Notes: a model not told the origin generated them from the letters alone. A stretch of 64,000 nt of DNA from an uncultured Planctomycetia bacterium (GCA_964455085.1 CAYVYJ010000005.1:21239-85238); one strand, 5' to 3'; shown: positions 10,086 to 18,700, counted from the stretch's first letter. Translations and numbers: made by a program.

Positions 10086-11051
10086 CTATTGGTCGATCTT
10101 CTTAACTCTCGCAGCTAAGATAATCTCTATTATTCTTAAATCTTCTTCACTAATCTTCCAATCAGCACTACCTAAGTTATCATATAACTGAGCAAGCTTT
10201 CTGGTTCCCACAATAGCCGAGGTTATGCCTGGCTGGTTATAATTCCAATTCAATACTAGCTGAGCCAGAGTCTTTTTGTACTTATCAGCTATTGCTTTTA
10301 ATTTTAAGAGAGTACTCTTATTTATTGAAAACCGCGGCTCGGATAAATCTTCTCCCTTCATCTTACGATTGAGATCTTGAGGAATTTTTACTTTGCCAAA
10401 GAAAAACTTTCCGGTTAATAACCCGCTATATAAAGGAGCGTAAGCAATGATTCCCAGTGAATTTTCTAAACAATATGGTGCTATATCTTCCTCAATACTC
10501 CGCTCAAACATGCTATACTCTGGCTGTAGACAATGCAGCGGTGAGTACTTTTTAAATTCCTGGATTTGGGCTAAGGAATAGTTGCTTACCCCGATTGCTT
10601 TGATCAGGCCGTCCTGGTAAAATTTATACATTTGCTCAGCAGTTTCACCGATGGGAGTATTGGAATCAGGCCAATGTACCTGATAAAGATCAAAGTAATC
10701 AGTTTGAAGGCGCTTTCGGGAGATATCTAACTCTTCCCTCATCCGCTTGGAAGACAAATCATGTAAAATCTCCCTTCCACGCCAGCCCAGCCCCAACTTG
10801 GTGGCTAAAATTATATTCTTGCGCAGTTTACTCTTGGCAATAAATGAGCCGATAACTTCCTCAGAGCGTCCCCGGCCATATACCGGAGCAGTATCAATAA
10901 AATTTACTCCTCTCCTTACTGCTTCCTCTAATACCGCTAAAGAATCTTTATCTTCTTGATGCCCCCACCACCTATCTCCGCCAAATGCCCAAGTACCCAG
11001 GCAAATTACTGATACCTTAAGCGAAGAATTTCCTAACTGCCGATATTCCAT
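10086..11051 (-). CDS. Aldo/keto reductase
   Basis: LGTWAFGG, IDTAPVYG, ATK, DLYQVHWPD, IGVSNY, LQPEYS, YAPL. Confidence 0.92.
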   Translation of the reverse strand: MEYRQLGNSSLKVSVICLGTWAFGGDRWWGHQEDKDSLAVLEEAVRRGVNFIDTAPVYGRGRSEEVIGSFIAKSKLRKNIILATKLGLGWRGREILHDLSSKRMREELDISRKRLQTDYFDLYQVHWPDSNTPIGETAEQMYKFYQDGLIKAIGVSNYSLAQIQEFKKYSPLHCLQPEYSMFERSIEEDIAPYCLENSLGIIAYAPLYSGLLTGKFFFGKVKIPQDLNRKMKGEDLSEPRFSINKSTLLKLKAIADKYKKTLAQLVLNWNYNQPGITSAIVGTRKLAQLYDNLGSADWKISEEDLRIIEIILAARVKKIDQ

Positions 11052-11065
11052 AGGTTTCCCTCTTA

Positions 11066-12565
11066 TTAGAAATAAAGGTCACGGGCGCCCCGCTTAATCC
11101 GCTGATAATAACTTTTAAGCTTTGGGTAAATTTTTGGCATTGAAAACTTTATTGCCTCTAACTCATCTTTGATTACCTTCTCACCTTGCTTTTGAGTTTC
11201 CTCAGTAGCAAAATCATCCAGCCACTCTCTGAAGGTAAGTACCGCATTTAACTTACAAAGCTTTCCCTCTTCCCCGGTCTTTAAGAGTTCCATAATACAC
11301 TTGCCGGTTCTTCCGCAGCGGTAACCAGCCGTACAAAAAGAAGTAATATAGCCTAAAGAAGCTAACTCTCTTATTAGTTCGTCTAAACTGCGGGTATCAC
11401 CTAAGAAAAATTGCTGCCGCTGACCTTCCTGCTCAGCATAACAATCACTGTAAGCACCGATTCCAATCCGGGTCGAAGCATCAGTTTGAGTACAGCCTAA
11501 GGAAATAGTCTCTCTTCGTATTTGGGCACTTTCCCGGGCAGTAAGAATCATCCCGGCATGGGGTATAGCTAATCTGATAACTGTAATTAACTTTTTAAAA
11601 TCCTGATCACTAACTTTATAGCCTGACTCCTGGGTAAAGGGTGTATTAGCCGCTGGTTCAAGTCGCGGGAAAGAAATTGTATGGGGACCTACACCAAAAC
11701 GGTTCTCTAATTCCCGGGAATGCAGGAGAAGGCTTAAGACTTCGAACCGCCAATCGTAAAGACCGAAAAGAACACCAATACCGACATCATCGATTCCAGC
11801 CTCAAAGGCCCGATGCATACAATATAATCGCCACTGATAATCTGCCTTAAGCGTCCCTTGGGGATGAACTTCTTGGTAGGTCTGGGGATGATAAGTCTCC
11901 TGAAACACCTGATAAGTACCTATACCAGCCTGCTTAAGCTGCTTAAGATCTTCAGTTGATAAAGGCGCAGCATTAACATTAACCCGACGAATCTGGCCAT
12001 AGCCTTTTTTGGTCTTGGCCTTTACTCCATAAATTGTTTCAATAGTTGAAGCCATATAATCTATATCAGTCTGAGGATGTTCTCCGTAAACTACGATTAG
12101 ACGCTTATGTCCGATTTGACCAGCTAAAACCTCTGTCTCTCTTCTTACCTCATCCTGACTAAGGACTTTTCTCTGAACCTGTAAATTATCTCTTCTGAAC
12201 CCGCAGTAAAAACAATTATTTAGGCAAAGATTGCCGAGGTATAAAGGGGCAAAGGTAACAATTCGATTATCGTAGACCTTTTTTTTAACTTCTCCGGCAA
12301 CTTCGGCCATCTGGTCCCAAAGCTCTTTATCTTCAACTCTCAGCAAGGTTGCTGTCTGCTCCAAGGTCAGAGTCTGGATAGCTAAGGACTTAGCTAAGAT
12401 ATCCTTAACCTCTCCCTCTGAGACCTTTGATTTAGAGACTAAAGCCCGATTAATTGATTCCTGATCGATAAAGTGTCGACCCTGATTCAGGTATTTCTCT
12501 ATCTGAGCTGGTTTTATCTGCCTTTCGGCCCAGGAATCTAAACTAGTGGTCTTAATCTGCATCAA
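11066..12565 (-). CDS. hydG: [FeFe]-hydrogenase H-cluster maturase HydG (radical SAM tyrosine lyase)
   Basis: FAPLYLGNLCLNNCFYCGF (CxxxCxxC), RRVNVNAA, FQETY, GIDDVGIG, GPHTISFPR (dangler-Fe His), C-terminal CTAGYRC-x19-C auxiliary cluster motif absent from ThiH. Confidence 0.9.
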   Translation of the reverse strand: MMQIKTTSLDSWAERQIKPAQIEKYLNQGRHFIDQESINRALVSKSKVSEGEVKDILAKSLAIQTLTLEQTATLLRVEDKELWDQMAEVAGEVKKKVYDNRIVTFAPLYLGNLCLNNCFYCGFRRDNLQVQRKVLSQDEVRRETEVLAGQIGHKRLIVVYGEHPQTDIDYMASTIETIYGVKAKTKKGYGQIRRVNVNAAPLSTEDLKQLKQAGIGTYQVFQETYHPQTYQEVHPQGTLKADYQWRLYCMHRAFEAGIDDVGIGVLFGLYDWRFEVLSLLLHSRELENRFGVGPHTISFPRLEPAANTPFTQESGYKVSDQDFKKLITVIRLAIPHAGMILTARESAQIRRETISLGCTQTDASTRIGIGAYSDCYAEQEGQRQQFFLGDTRSLDELIRELASLGYITSFCTAGYRCGRTGKCIMELLKTGEEGKLCKLNAVLTFREWLDDFATEETQKQGEKVIKDELEAIKFSMPKIYPKLKSYYQRIKRGARDLYF

Positions 12566-13221
12566 ATCACCCGATTTTTCTCCGCTCTTCGCTTAGTAAG
12601 AAAAATTAAGCTCTCCAGTTCCGAAGCCATATCCACATCCGATACCGATACAGTTTGAGGAACTTTCAGCACAATCGGTGCAAAATTTAAGATACCTTTT
12701 ATTCCTGATGAGACCAGTTCATCGGCAATCTTCTGAGCAACTTCCGGCGGTGTAGAAATTATGGCAATTTTAATATTTTCTTTTCTGATAATGCGCTGCA
12801 TCTGTTTTACATGGCTAATCTTTACCCCTTTCCTGGCTCTTCTAACTTTATCTTTGTCAATATCAAAGGCCAGAGTTATTTTAAGATTGAATTTGGAAAA
12901 CCCCTCAAAGCCTAAAAGAGCGCTTCCTAATCTTCCTATGCCTACTATAGCAATTCTCCGTTCTTGATCTAGGCCTAAGATAGTTTCAATCTCCTGGGCT
13001 AACCTTTCGACATTATAACCGACACCCCGCTTACCAAAACCACCAAAGAAAGAAAGATCCTTCCTGAACTGCGCCGGACTAACATTAAGAAATTTGGTCA
13101 GTTTAGCGGAAGATATAACATCAGTATTCTGAGCTTTTAACCGCTTTAAATTCCTCAGATAAATACTGAGACGCCTAATCGCCTCTAAGGAAAAATTATT
13201 TTTATTGTTTCGTTTCTTCAT
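12562..13221 (-). CDS. rex: Redox-sensing transcriptional repressor Rex
   Basis: RRLSIYLR, QFRKDLSFFGGFGKRGVGY, Rossmann GIGRLG, ILNFAP. Confidence 0.95.
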   Translation of the reverse strand: MKKRNNKNNFSLEAIRRLSIYLRNLKRLKAQNTDVISSAKLTKFLNVSPAQFRKDLSFFGGFGKRGVGYNVERLAQEIETILGLDQERRIAIVGIGRLGSALLGFEGFSKFNLKITLAFDIDKDKVRRARKGVKISHVKQMQRIIRKENIKIAIISTPPEVAQKIADELVSSGIKGILNFAPIVLKVPQTVSVSDVDMASELESLIFLTKRRAEKNRVI

Positions 13222-14533
13222 CGAGTAATTCCCTACTAACTCCTAAATCTGTAGGCGCCCGACCTAAAGATTTAAGCAAAGATATTGCTTCTTTAATCTG
13301 GATATTTATCAACTCCTTACTATGAGCCTTATTAGGATAAATTTCATAATGCTGGCGGTATTTAATCGGAGTAAGGTTAAGCATCAGGGAATTAGCGCCA
13401 GCTAACAACCCTTCTCTGCGGGCTGTAGGCATCACAGTCTCTAAGGCTGTAGTTATTAAAATCTTAGCTCTTTCTGGATCAATAAACCTTGCTAAAGCCA
13501 AGGTTTTTAAGACTAACTCTGGTGTAGGAGCCTTAAAGCTTCCCAAGGGGGATCTGGGATGGGGCAGGAAAGGTCCCAAGGAATACATCTCAGCTCCTAA
13601 GACTTTAGTCAAATAGATATCATTTATAATATCTTCGGCACTTTGGCCAGGTAGGCCAATAAGAGCCCCAGTCATAATCAAGTAGCCAATTTCAGCGGCT
13701 CGCCTAATATGGGCTAATCTGGTATCTAGTTTCTGTCCGGGATGAAGATCAGCATAAATTTTTGGATTAGAGGTTTCGAAACGCATAAGCATAGCTCTGG
13801 CTCCGGCCTGATAGAGAGTGTCTAGAGCCTCTAATCCTACTTCACCAAAACTGATACAGATTAACACCGCAACTCTTTCTTTAATTCTTCTGATAATTGA
13901 AGCTAATTCTTCAGCAGCCAAATAAGGATCCTCACCGCTCTGTAAGACCAAAGCCTGAAATCCATACTTCTCGACTGCCTCAGTAGCAGTATCAATTATT
14001 TCCTCAGGTCCCATCCGGTAACGCAGAAGTCCTTTATTATCGGCTGATATACCACAATAAGCGCATTGACGCTGGCAATGGTTAGAAATCTCGATTATCC
14101 CGTGAATACAGCAGGAATTTTTATGGTACTTCTGACGCAGGAAATTAGCTGATTTATAAATCAGCTTAAGCGATTGTTGATTATCTAAATTAATTAAGTA
14201 TAATAACTCCTCTTTTTTTAAAGAACGGTTTTCTAAAGCCTTGTCCAGGATAAGCCGTAGTTTCTTATCATCAACTCCTTTATCAAGATCCAGGCGCGAT
14301 AGCCGCAGATCAACATCCTGAAGTTGAAAGAAAAGTTCTTGCCAGGCTTCCAAGATTTCCTTTGCTTCATCTTCCTTAACCTTTTTTATCACAAATCCCC
14401 CCTGGGCACAGATATAATCCCCGCGATTAATATTATAAAACTCATTAATCGCTTTTTTTTCTTGGCCAAAGTAGTCAACAATGACTTGTTTACCTTTAAT
14501 ATCCTTTACCCTTCCGGGAATCGCATAACACAT
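13202..14533 (-). CDS. hydE: Fusion: N-terminal HypC/HupF-like chaperone domain + HydE-like radical SAM enzyme
   Basis: Residues ~1-68 MCYAIPGRV...VDYFG...GDYICAQGGFVIKKV.EDEA.EILEAW match the HypC pattern. The remainder has IIEISNHCQRQCAYCG, LQSGED, RFET, GLPGQ, GPFLPHP.SPL, TTALET, GANS.M.NLTP..YR..Y.IYP.K of HydE/PylB. Confidence 0.85.
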   Translation of the reverse strand: MCYAIPGRVKDIKGKQVIVDYFGQEKKAINEFYNINRGDYICAQGGFVIKKVKEDEAKEILEAWQELFFQLQDVDLRLSRLDLDKGVDDKKLRLILDKALENRSLKKEELLYLINLDNQQSLKLIYKSANFLRQKYHKNSCCIHGIIEISNHCQRQCAYCGISADNKGLLRYRMGPEEIIDTATEAVEKYGFQALVLQSGEDPYLAAEELASIIRRIKERVAVLICISFGEVGLEALDTLYQAGARAMLMRFETSNPKIYADLHPGQKLDTRLAHIRRAAEIGYLIMTGALIGLPGQSAEDIINDIYLTKVLGAEMYSLGPFLPHPRSPLGSFKAPTPELVLKTLALARFIDPERAKILITTALETVMPTARREGLLAGANSLMLNLTPIKYRQHYEIYPNKAHSKELINIQIKEAISLLKSLGRAPTDLGVSRELLDEETKQ

Positions 14534-14545
14534 CTTAGTTCTCCT

Positions 14546-14788
14546 CTATTCACAGTCAAATGCGACAACTTCAATTCTTAAACTAGGGAAGAAAATAATC
14601 TCCAGCTTTGCGTCTTTAAGAATAGTATTCTTAGCCAGTATGGCAAAGGTCTGGCGAAATGAATCTTCCTTAACGCCGGTAAGCTCTCCAATCTTAAGCT
14701 GAACCCGGGTTACGGTTTTTGCTCCTTCTTCTTCAGCATGTTTAGCTATCCCCTTGATGATCGGCACAATCAGATGAGTCTCATGCAT
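14546..14788 (-). CDS. hypA: Hydrogenase nickel metallochaperone HypA, lacking the zinc-finger domain
   Basis: N-terminal MHE Ni motif, V.LKIGELTGV...SF...F......T....A.LEI; only 80 aa, no CxxC pairs. Confidence 0.8.
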   Translation of the reverse strand: MHETHLIVPIIKGIAKHAEEEGAKTVTRVQLKIGELTGVKEDSFRQTFAILAKNTILKDAKLEIIFFPSLRIEVVAFDCE

Positions 14789-15242
14789 TGGATGACTCCC
14801 TAATCAATCTTGCCACTTCCCCTAGGGTCTGCTTCAGGCTAGGTGAAAACTCAGACCCTAACTCGATTGTTTTCGGCTGAACCCCAAGCATATAAATACC
14901 AGCTTCAGTCTCCTTAGTTAAACATTCCATAAACATTGCCGGAGATATGTCATGGGTAGTAAATCCGCACTTTATGATATCATCTTTTTCTAAAATCTCA
15001 TACTCCCCGGGATCTCTTCCTAAATGCACGGCATCAATAATTAAAACTGTATCGGGTTTCTCTTTAATAATCTTACCGATATAATTCTCCGGTGCCGACC
15101 CAGCATCTAAACAAACTGCTTTAGTCTTCCCCTTTATCGCCTCAATAAGAACTGGTCCAAAACCATCGTCGCCGCGGATAATATTACCGATGCCGACAAT
15201 AACAACCTTTCCTTTGAGTATACTTTTCAATTTGTCTTTCAT
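14781..15242 (-). CDS. hycI: Hydrogenase maturation endopeptidase (HycI type)
   Basis: VGIGNIIRGDDGFG, GSAPEN, IIDAV, TTH, GVQP; start moved to ATG at 15242. Confidence 0.9.
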   Translation of the reverse strand: MKDKLKSILKGKVVIVGIGNIIRGDDGFGPVLIEAIKGKTKAVCLDAGSAPENYIGKIIKEKPDTVLIIDAVHLGRDPGEYEILEKDDIIKCGFTTHDISPAMFMECLTKETEAGIYMLGVQPKTIELGSEFSPSLKQTLGEVARLIRESSNA

Positions 15243-15247
15243 TGTGA

Positions 15248-15856
15248 TTAAGTATTCAGAGTAGTTTCCCGACGGCATCTGGCGCAAAGAATCTTTACCC
15301 GGTCAGAACGTCCCTGATCCTTTAGGACTGATATGATGTTCTCATCGACTATGCCCAGATTTTTTAGGCCGGCGAGATAAAGTGTGGGGCTGGAAAAACT
15401 GAGCTCACCAAGTCTCTGGTTAATCCAATTCAGGTGGTCAGAGCAAGCAATCGTCTCGCCGCAAATCTCACAAAGCTGCAGTTTCTTCTCGATCTGCTCT
15501 GAAGCTTCACTACGGTTAAAAAAGGAAAGTTCCCAATCACCGGATAACTTAATGCCCTGATTATCGGCAATACAAGCAGCTTGGCACTGGCCGCAGAATA
15601 TACAGGTATCAGTATAGTGAATCATAGCTCTGCGGGGGTTATCTTTATCATTAACGATATCAATATTACCAATTGCTTCTACCGGACAAACTTCTTTACA
15701 GGCCAGACAACCAACACATTTATCCTGATCAAATTTAGGTTGACCCCGAAAATTAGGATGAGCTTTGTGGGGCTCAATGGGAAACTTGGAAGTATAGGGA
15801 CCTTTTATAAGAGCTTTTATTGCTTCAATTAACTCTCTAATCTTGGGTAGTTTCAT
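15248..15856 (-). CDS. Hydrogenase 2x[4Fe-4S] subunit (NuoI/HycF/MbhN-like)
   Basis: YTSKFP...FRGQP, CVGCLACKEVCP, CIFCGQCQAAC; C-terminal CEIC...CARC as in HycF. Confidence 0.88.
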   Translation of the reverse strand: MKLPKIRELIEAIKALIKGPYTSKFPIEPHKAHPNFRGQPKFDQDKCVGCLACKEVCPVEAIGNIDIVNDKDNPRRAMIHYTDTCIFCGQCQAACIADNQGIKLSGDWELSFFNRSEASEQIEKKLQLCEICGETIACSDHLNWINQRLGELSFSSPTLYLAGLKNLGIVDENIISVLKDQGRSDRVKILCARCRRETTLNT

Positions 15857-15889
15857 TCCACTTCTCGTTTATTTATAACTTACAACAGT

Positions 15890-16225
15890 TTAGGCCTCTC
15901 CCTCTTTATCTTCAAGATACTTATCAACAACACTCCTCTCCCAAAGTTTTACTCCCGACCGATGTGCGCCCCTGGCAATGGCATGGGCTGCAACCGGAGA
16001 AGTTAGTAGGAGAAAAATCATGCATAAGAGGGCTTTCATCCCGGCAGCTGTGGGACCAGCCACAAGAAAGGCCCCAAACAAAATACTACAGGTACCTAGA
16101 GTAACACACTTGGTAGCTGCCTGCAGACGGTTATAGACATCGGGAAGACGCACTAGGCCTAAGGCACCGATAAGATCAAAAACTAATCCTAAACTAATAA
16201 ATATTAAACCAAGAGAACTACTCAT
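15890..16225 (-). CDS. mrpG: Mrp antiporter subunit G (MbhC-like)
   Basis: GLVRLPDVYNRLQAATK..TLG, LTSPVAAHAIARGA; start at ATG 16225. Confidence 0.9.
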   Translation of the reverse strand: MSSSLGLIFISLGLVFDLIGALGLVRLPDVYNRLQAATKCVTLGTCSILFGAFLVAGPTAAGMKALLCMIFLLLTSPVAAHAIARGAHRSGVKLWERSVVDKYLEDKEGEA

Positions 16226-16240
16226 CAAAACTCCTTCCTT

Positions 16241-16315
16241 AAATGAGACCACAATTTATGGAACGAAGTGAACATAAATTGTACGGTCGAATTTATCCTG
16301 AGCGAAGCGAAGGAT
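16241..16315. repeat. Double-hairpin element (family B) flanked by a 19-bp direct repeat
   Basis: AAATGAGACC-[ACAATTTATG...CATAAATTGT]-ACGGTCGAATTT then ATCCTGAGCGAAGCGAAGGAT; TCATCAAAACTCCTTCCTT at both 16222-16240 and 16323-16341. Confidence 0.8.
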
Positions 16316-16318
16316 CTT

Positions 16319-16687
16319 CTATTCATCAAAACTCCTTCCTTCTAAATACTTGGAAAATGCTAAGGTGCTTATAAAACTCTGCAAGGCCCAGGCTATTCCA
16401 ATATCAATATACCAAGATCTCTTGGTAGAAATAGTCAACACTGCACATATTCCCACAACCATAATACCTAAAATATCAATAGCTACTATCCTATCAGCAC
16501 CAGTAGGCCCTTTACAAATACGATAAAGACAGAGAAGGCAAGCCAAAATAAGTATGTAGAGAGCGCGACCTAGGAAACCCAAATAAGGAAGGTCGGGACA
16601 AAAAAGGAAAGGAAGTGGCCGGATTATAATCATACCAACAATCCCGGTTAAAACAATTACTCCAATGAACCATGGCTTCTTTATCAT
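16319..16687 (-). CDS. mrpF: Mrp antiporter subunit F (MbhB-like) with extra N-terminal helix
   Basis: YRICKGPTGADRIVAID, YIDIGIAWALQSFISTLAFSKYL; start at ATG 16687. Confidence 0.88.
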   Translation of the reverse strand: MIKKPWFIGVIVLTGIVGMIIIRPLPFLFCPDLPYLGFLGRALYILILACLLCLYRICKGPTGADRIVAIDILGIMVVGICAVLTISTKRSWYIDIGIAWALQSFISTLAFSKYLEGRSFDE

Positions 16688-16697
16688 CTTATCCCCT

Positions 16698-17195
16698 TTA
16701 ATCAAAAATTTTCTCTAATATTTTTTCAAAACGCTGGACAATGATTTCGGTCGCTTCTTGAACATCCTTTGCCTTCACATTAATCCAGTGTATATACAAA
16801 ATACCTTTATCGCGATCAATATCCACACTCATTGTACCGGGAGTTAAAGTTATTGAGTTAGCTAAGAATGTTAAAGCGGTATCGCTCTTTAAAGCTGTCT
16901 TTACTTTAACAATTCCCGGATTTATCGGTAGCTGTGGATGCAAGACTCGATAGGCAACGTCAATATTTGCTTTGATAACTTCCCACAAAAATACTGGCAA
17001 ATAATAGGCGAAGAAATATAGGTAACGTAAAGGATGTTTTAGCAGATGAGGCCGAGTGATAAATAAATCTCCGGTTAAAATAGTTACCAGAACAGCAACA
17101 AAAATTCCGGCTATAAGATGTTGAGTGTCCGGCACCCAACTTAGCAGGGACCAGATTACAAATGCTATTAAAAGTAAAACTACTCTGCTCTTCAT
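16698..17195 (-). CDS. mrpE: Mrp antiporter subunit E (MbhA-like)
   Basis: KANIDVAYRVL, INPGIV, LANSITLTPGT, LYIHWI. Confidence 0.92.
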   Translation of the reverse strand: MKSRVVLLLIAFVIWSLLSWVPDTQHLIAGIFVAVLVTILTGDLFITRPHLLKHPLRYLYFFAYYLPVFLWEVIKANIDVAYRVLHPQLPINPGIVKVKTALKSDTALTFLANSITLTPGTMSVDIDRDKGILYIHWINVKAKDVQEATEIIVQRFEKILEKIFD

Positions 17196-18700
17196 TGATT
17201 TATCTGGGTTAAAACTAAACTACTATATTTACTGCTTTCTAAAAGAACACCTGAGGCCGGCTGCAGAAAAACTTCTTTTACCCCGGAGGCAAACAAAACT
17301 CCTCCTAGCAAACAAATAAATGCTAATATTAGCATCGAGAGCTTCATCAACGCCGGTACTTCTTTCACTTGGCGCCACCTCTGGCTTAAGTTTCCAAAAA
17401 AAGCATATTTCATAACCTTAACATACATAGCTAAAGTTAATACACTAACTAAAACCAGCCAAAAAGCATACCCATAGTGACCAGCTTCTACGGTTGCCAG
17501 TATAATAAATAGCTTGCTCCAGAAACCACTAAAAGGGGGAACACCGGCGACAGACATAGAAGCAGTTAAATTAGTTAGGCAAGTTAAAGGCATCTTTTTT
17601 CCTAAACCGCCCATCTTTTGTAAATCCCGGGTTCCGGTAGCATATTCTACCGCTCCCGAATTTAGGAATAGAAGCGATTTAAATACTGAGTGATTAAAAA
17701 GATGAAAAAGTCCAGCTAATATACCTAAGGGTGTACCTAAGCCAATAGCCAGAACAATATAACCTACCTGGCTTATCGAGGAATAAGCCAAGAGTCGCTT
17801 AAAATCCCATTGTCCTAAAGCCAGTAATCCTCCGACCACCATAGATATTACCCCCAAGAACATTATTATTGAAGATAGTTCTCGGGTCATCCCTAATAGA
17901 TTATAGAATATTCTAATTAAAGCATAGATTCCCAGCGATTTTATCAATACTCCTGAAAGCATGGCTGATATTGGGGCCGGAGCTGAAGGATGAGCATCAG
18001 GCAACCAAGCATGAAAAGGAACCAGGGCAGCTTTAAGACCAAAACCCATTAAAAATAAAACGCTCACCAGAAGAACCAGGTTAGTAGCCGGTTCTTTAGC
18101 TAAAATAGCCCCCATATCAGCAATATTTAAAGTGGAAGTTAAGCCGTACAAAAGGGCAATGCCTAAAAGGATAAACAAAGACCCTACTGTACCCATAATC
18201 GCATATTTAAAAGCAGCTTCTAACTCATGACGTTCAGTTCCAAAAGCAACCAAAGCATAACTTGCCACCGAAGCAATTTCCAAAAATACAAAGAGATTAA
18301 ATATGTCGCCGGTAATAATCACTCCGTTCATTCCAGCCAACATTAAAAAAAAGAGTGAATAGAACTTCCACTTGGAAGTATACTTTTCCATATAATTTAT
18401 TGAATAGATTACGATGATGAATGCCACTAAATTTACAGTCACTAACATAAATGCAGTTAAACCATCCAAAACCAAGCCGATACCTACCGGTGGTTTCCAA
18501 TTTCCCACGCTATAGACAAGAATCCCCTGATTATTACGTAAGAAGACACTTAAAAAAGATAAAATACAGAGAACAAAAGCAGCTAAAACTCCTAATAGAT
18601 CCGGTGCTGGTTTTATTTTCTTTCCCAGAAGAGAAGTTAAAAAGGCTGCTCCCAAAGGTATAACTACAAATAATGGTATTATGTTAGCTGACGGATTCAT
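17192..18700 (-). CDS. mrpD: Mrp antiporter subunit D (MbhH-like ion-translocating subunit)
   Basis: GNW.PP.GI, GDIFNLFVFLEI, KAALVPFHAWLPDAH, KRLLAYSSISQVGY, HSVFKSLLF, GVPPFSGFWSK. Confidence 0.92.
   Translation of the reverse strand: MNPSANIIPLFVVIPLGAAFLTSLLGKKIKPAPDLLGVLAAFVLCILSFLSVFLRNNQGILVYSVGNWKPPVGIGLVLDGLTAFMLVTVNLVAFIIVIYSINYMEKYTSKWKFYSLFFLMLAGMNGVIITGDIFNLFVFLEIASVASYALVAFGTERHELEAAFKYAIMGTVGSLFILLGIALLYGLTSTLNIADMGAILAKEPATNLVLLVSVLFLMGFGLKAALVPFHAWLPDAHPSAPAPISAMLSGVLIKSLGIYALIRIFYNLLGMTRELSSIIMFLGVISMVVGGLLALGQWDFKRLLAYSSISQVGYIVLAIGLGTPLGILAGLFHLFNHSVFKSLLFLNSGAVEYATGTRDLQKMGGLGKKMPLTCLTNLTASMSVAGVPPFSGFWSKLFIILATVEAGHYGYAFWLVLVSVLTLAMYVKVMKYAFFGNLSQRWRQVKEVPALMKLSMLILAFICLLGGVLFASGVKEVFLQPASGVLLESSKYSSLVLTQINQ

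Noticed and set aside
10086-11051. Aldo/keto reductase as part of the maturation system
   Set aside because: It is 14 bp from hydG and may be co-transcribed, but it is a generic AKR with nothing in the sequence linking it to the pathway.
11066-14533. Reading the radical SAM pair as ThiH/BioB or PylB
   Set aside because: The HydG auxiliary-cluster domain and His are present; the second enzyme has HydE-type motifs and a HypC domain; no thi, bio or pyl genes nearby.
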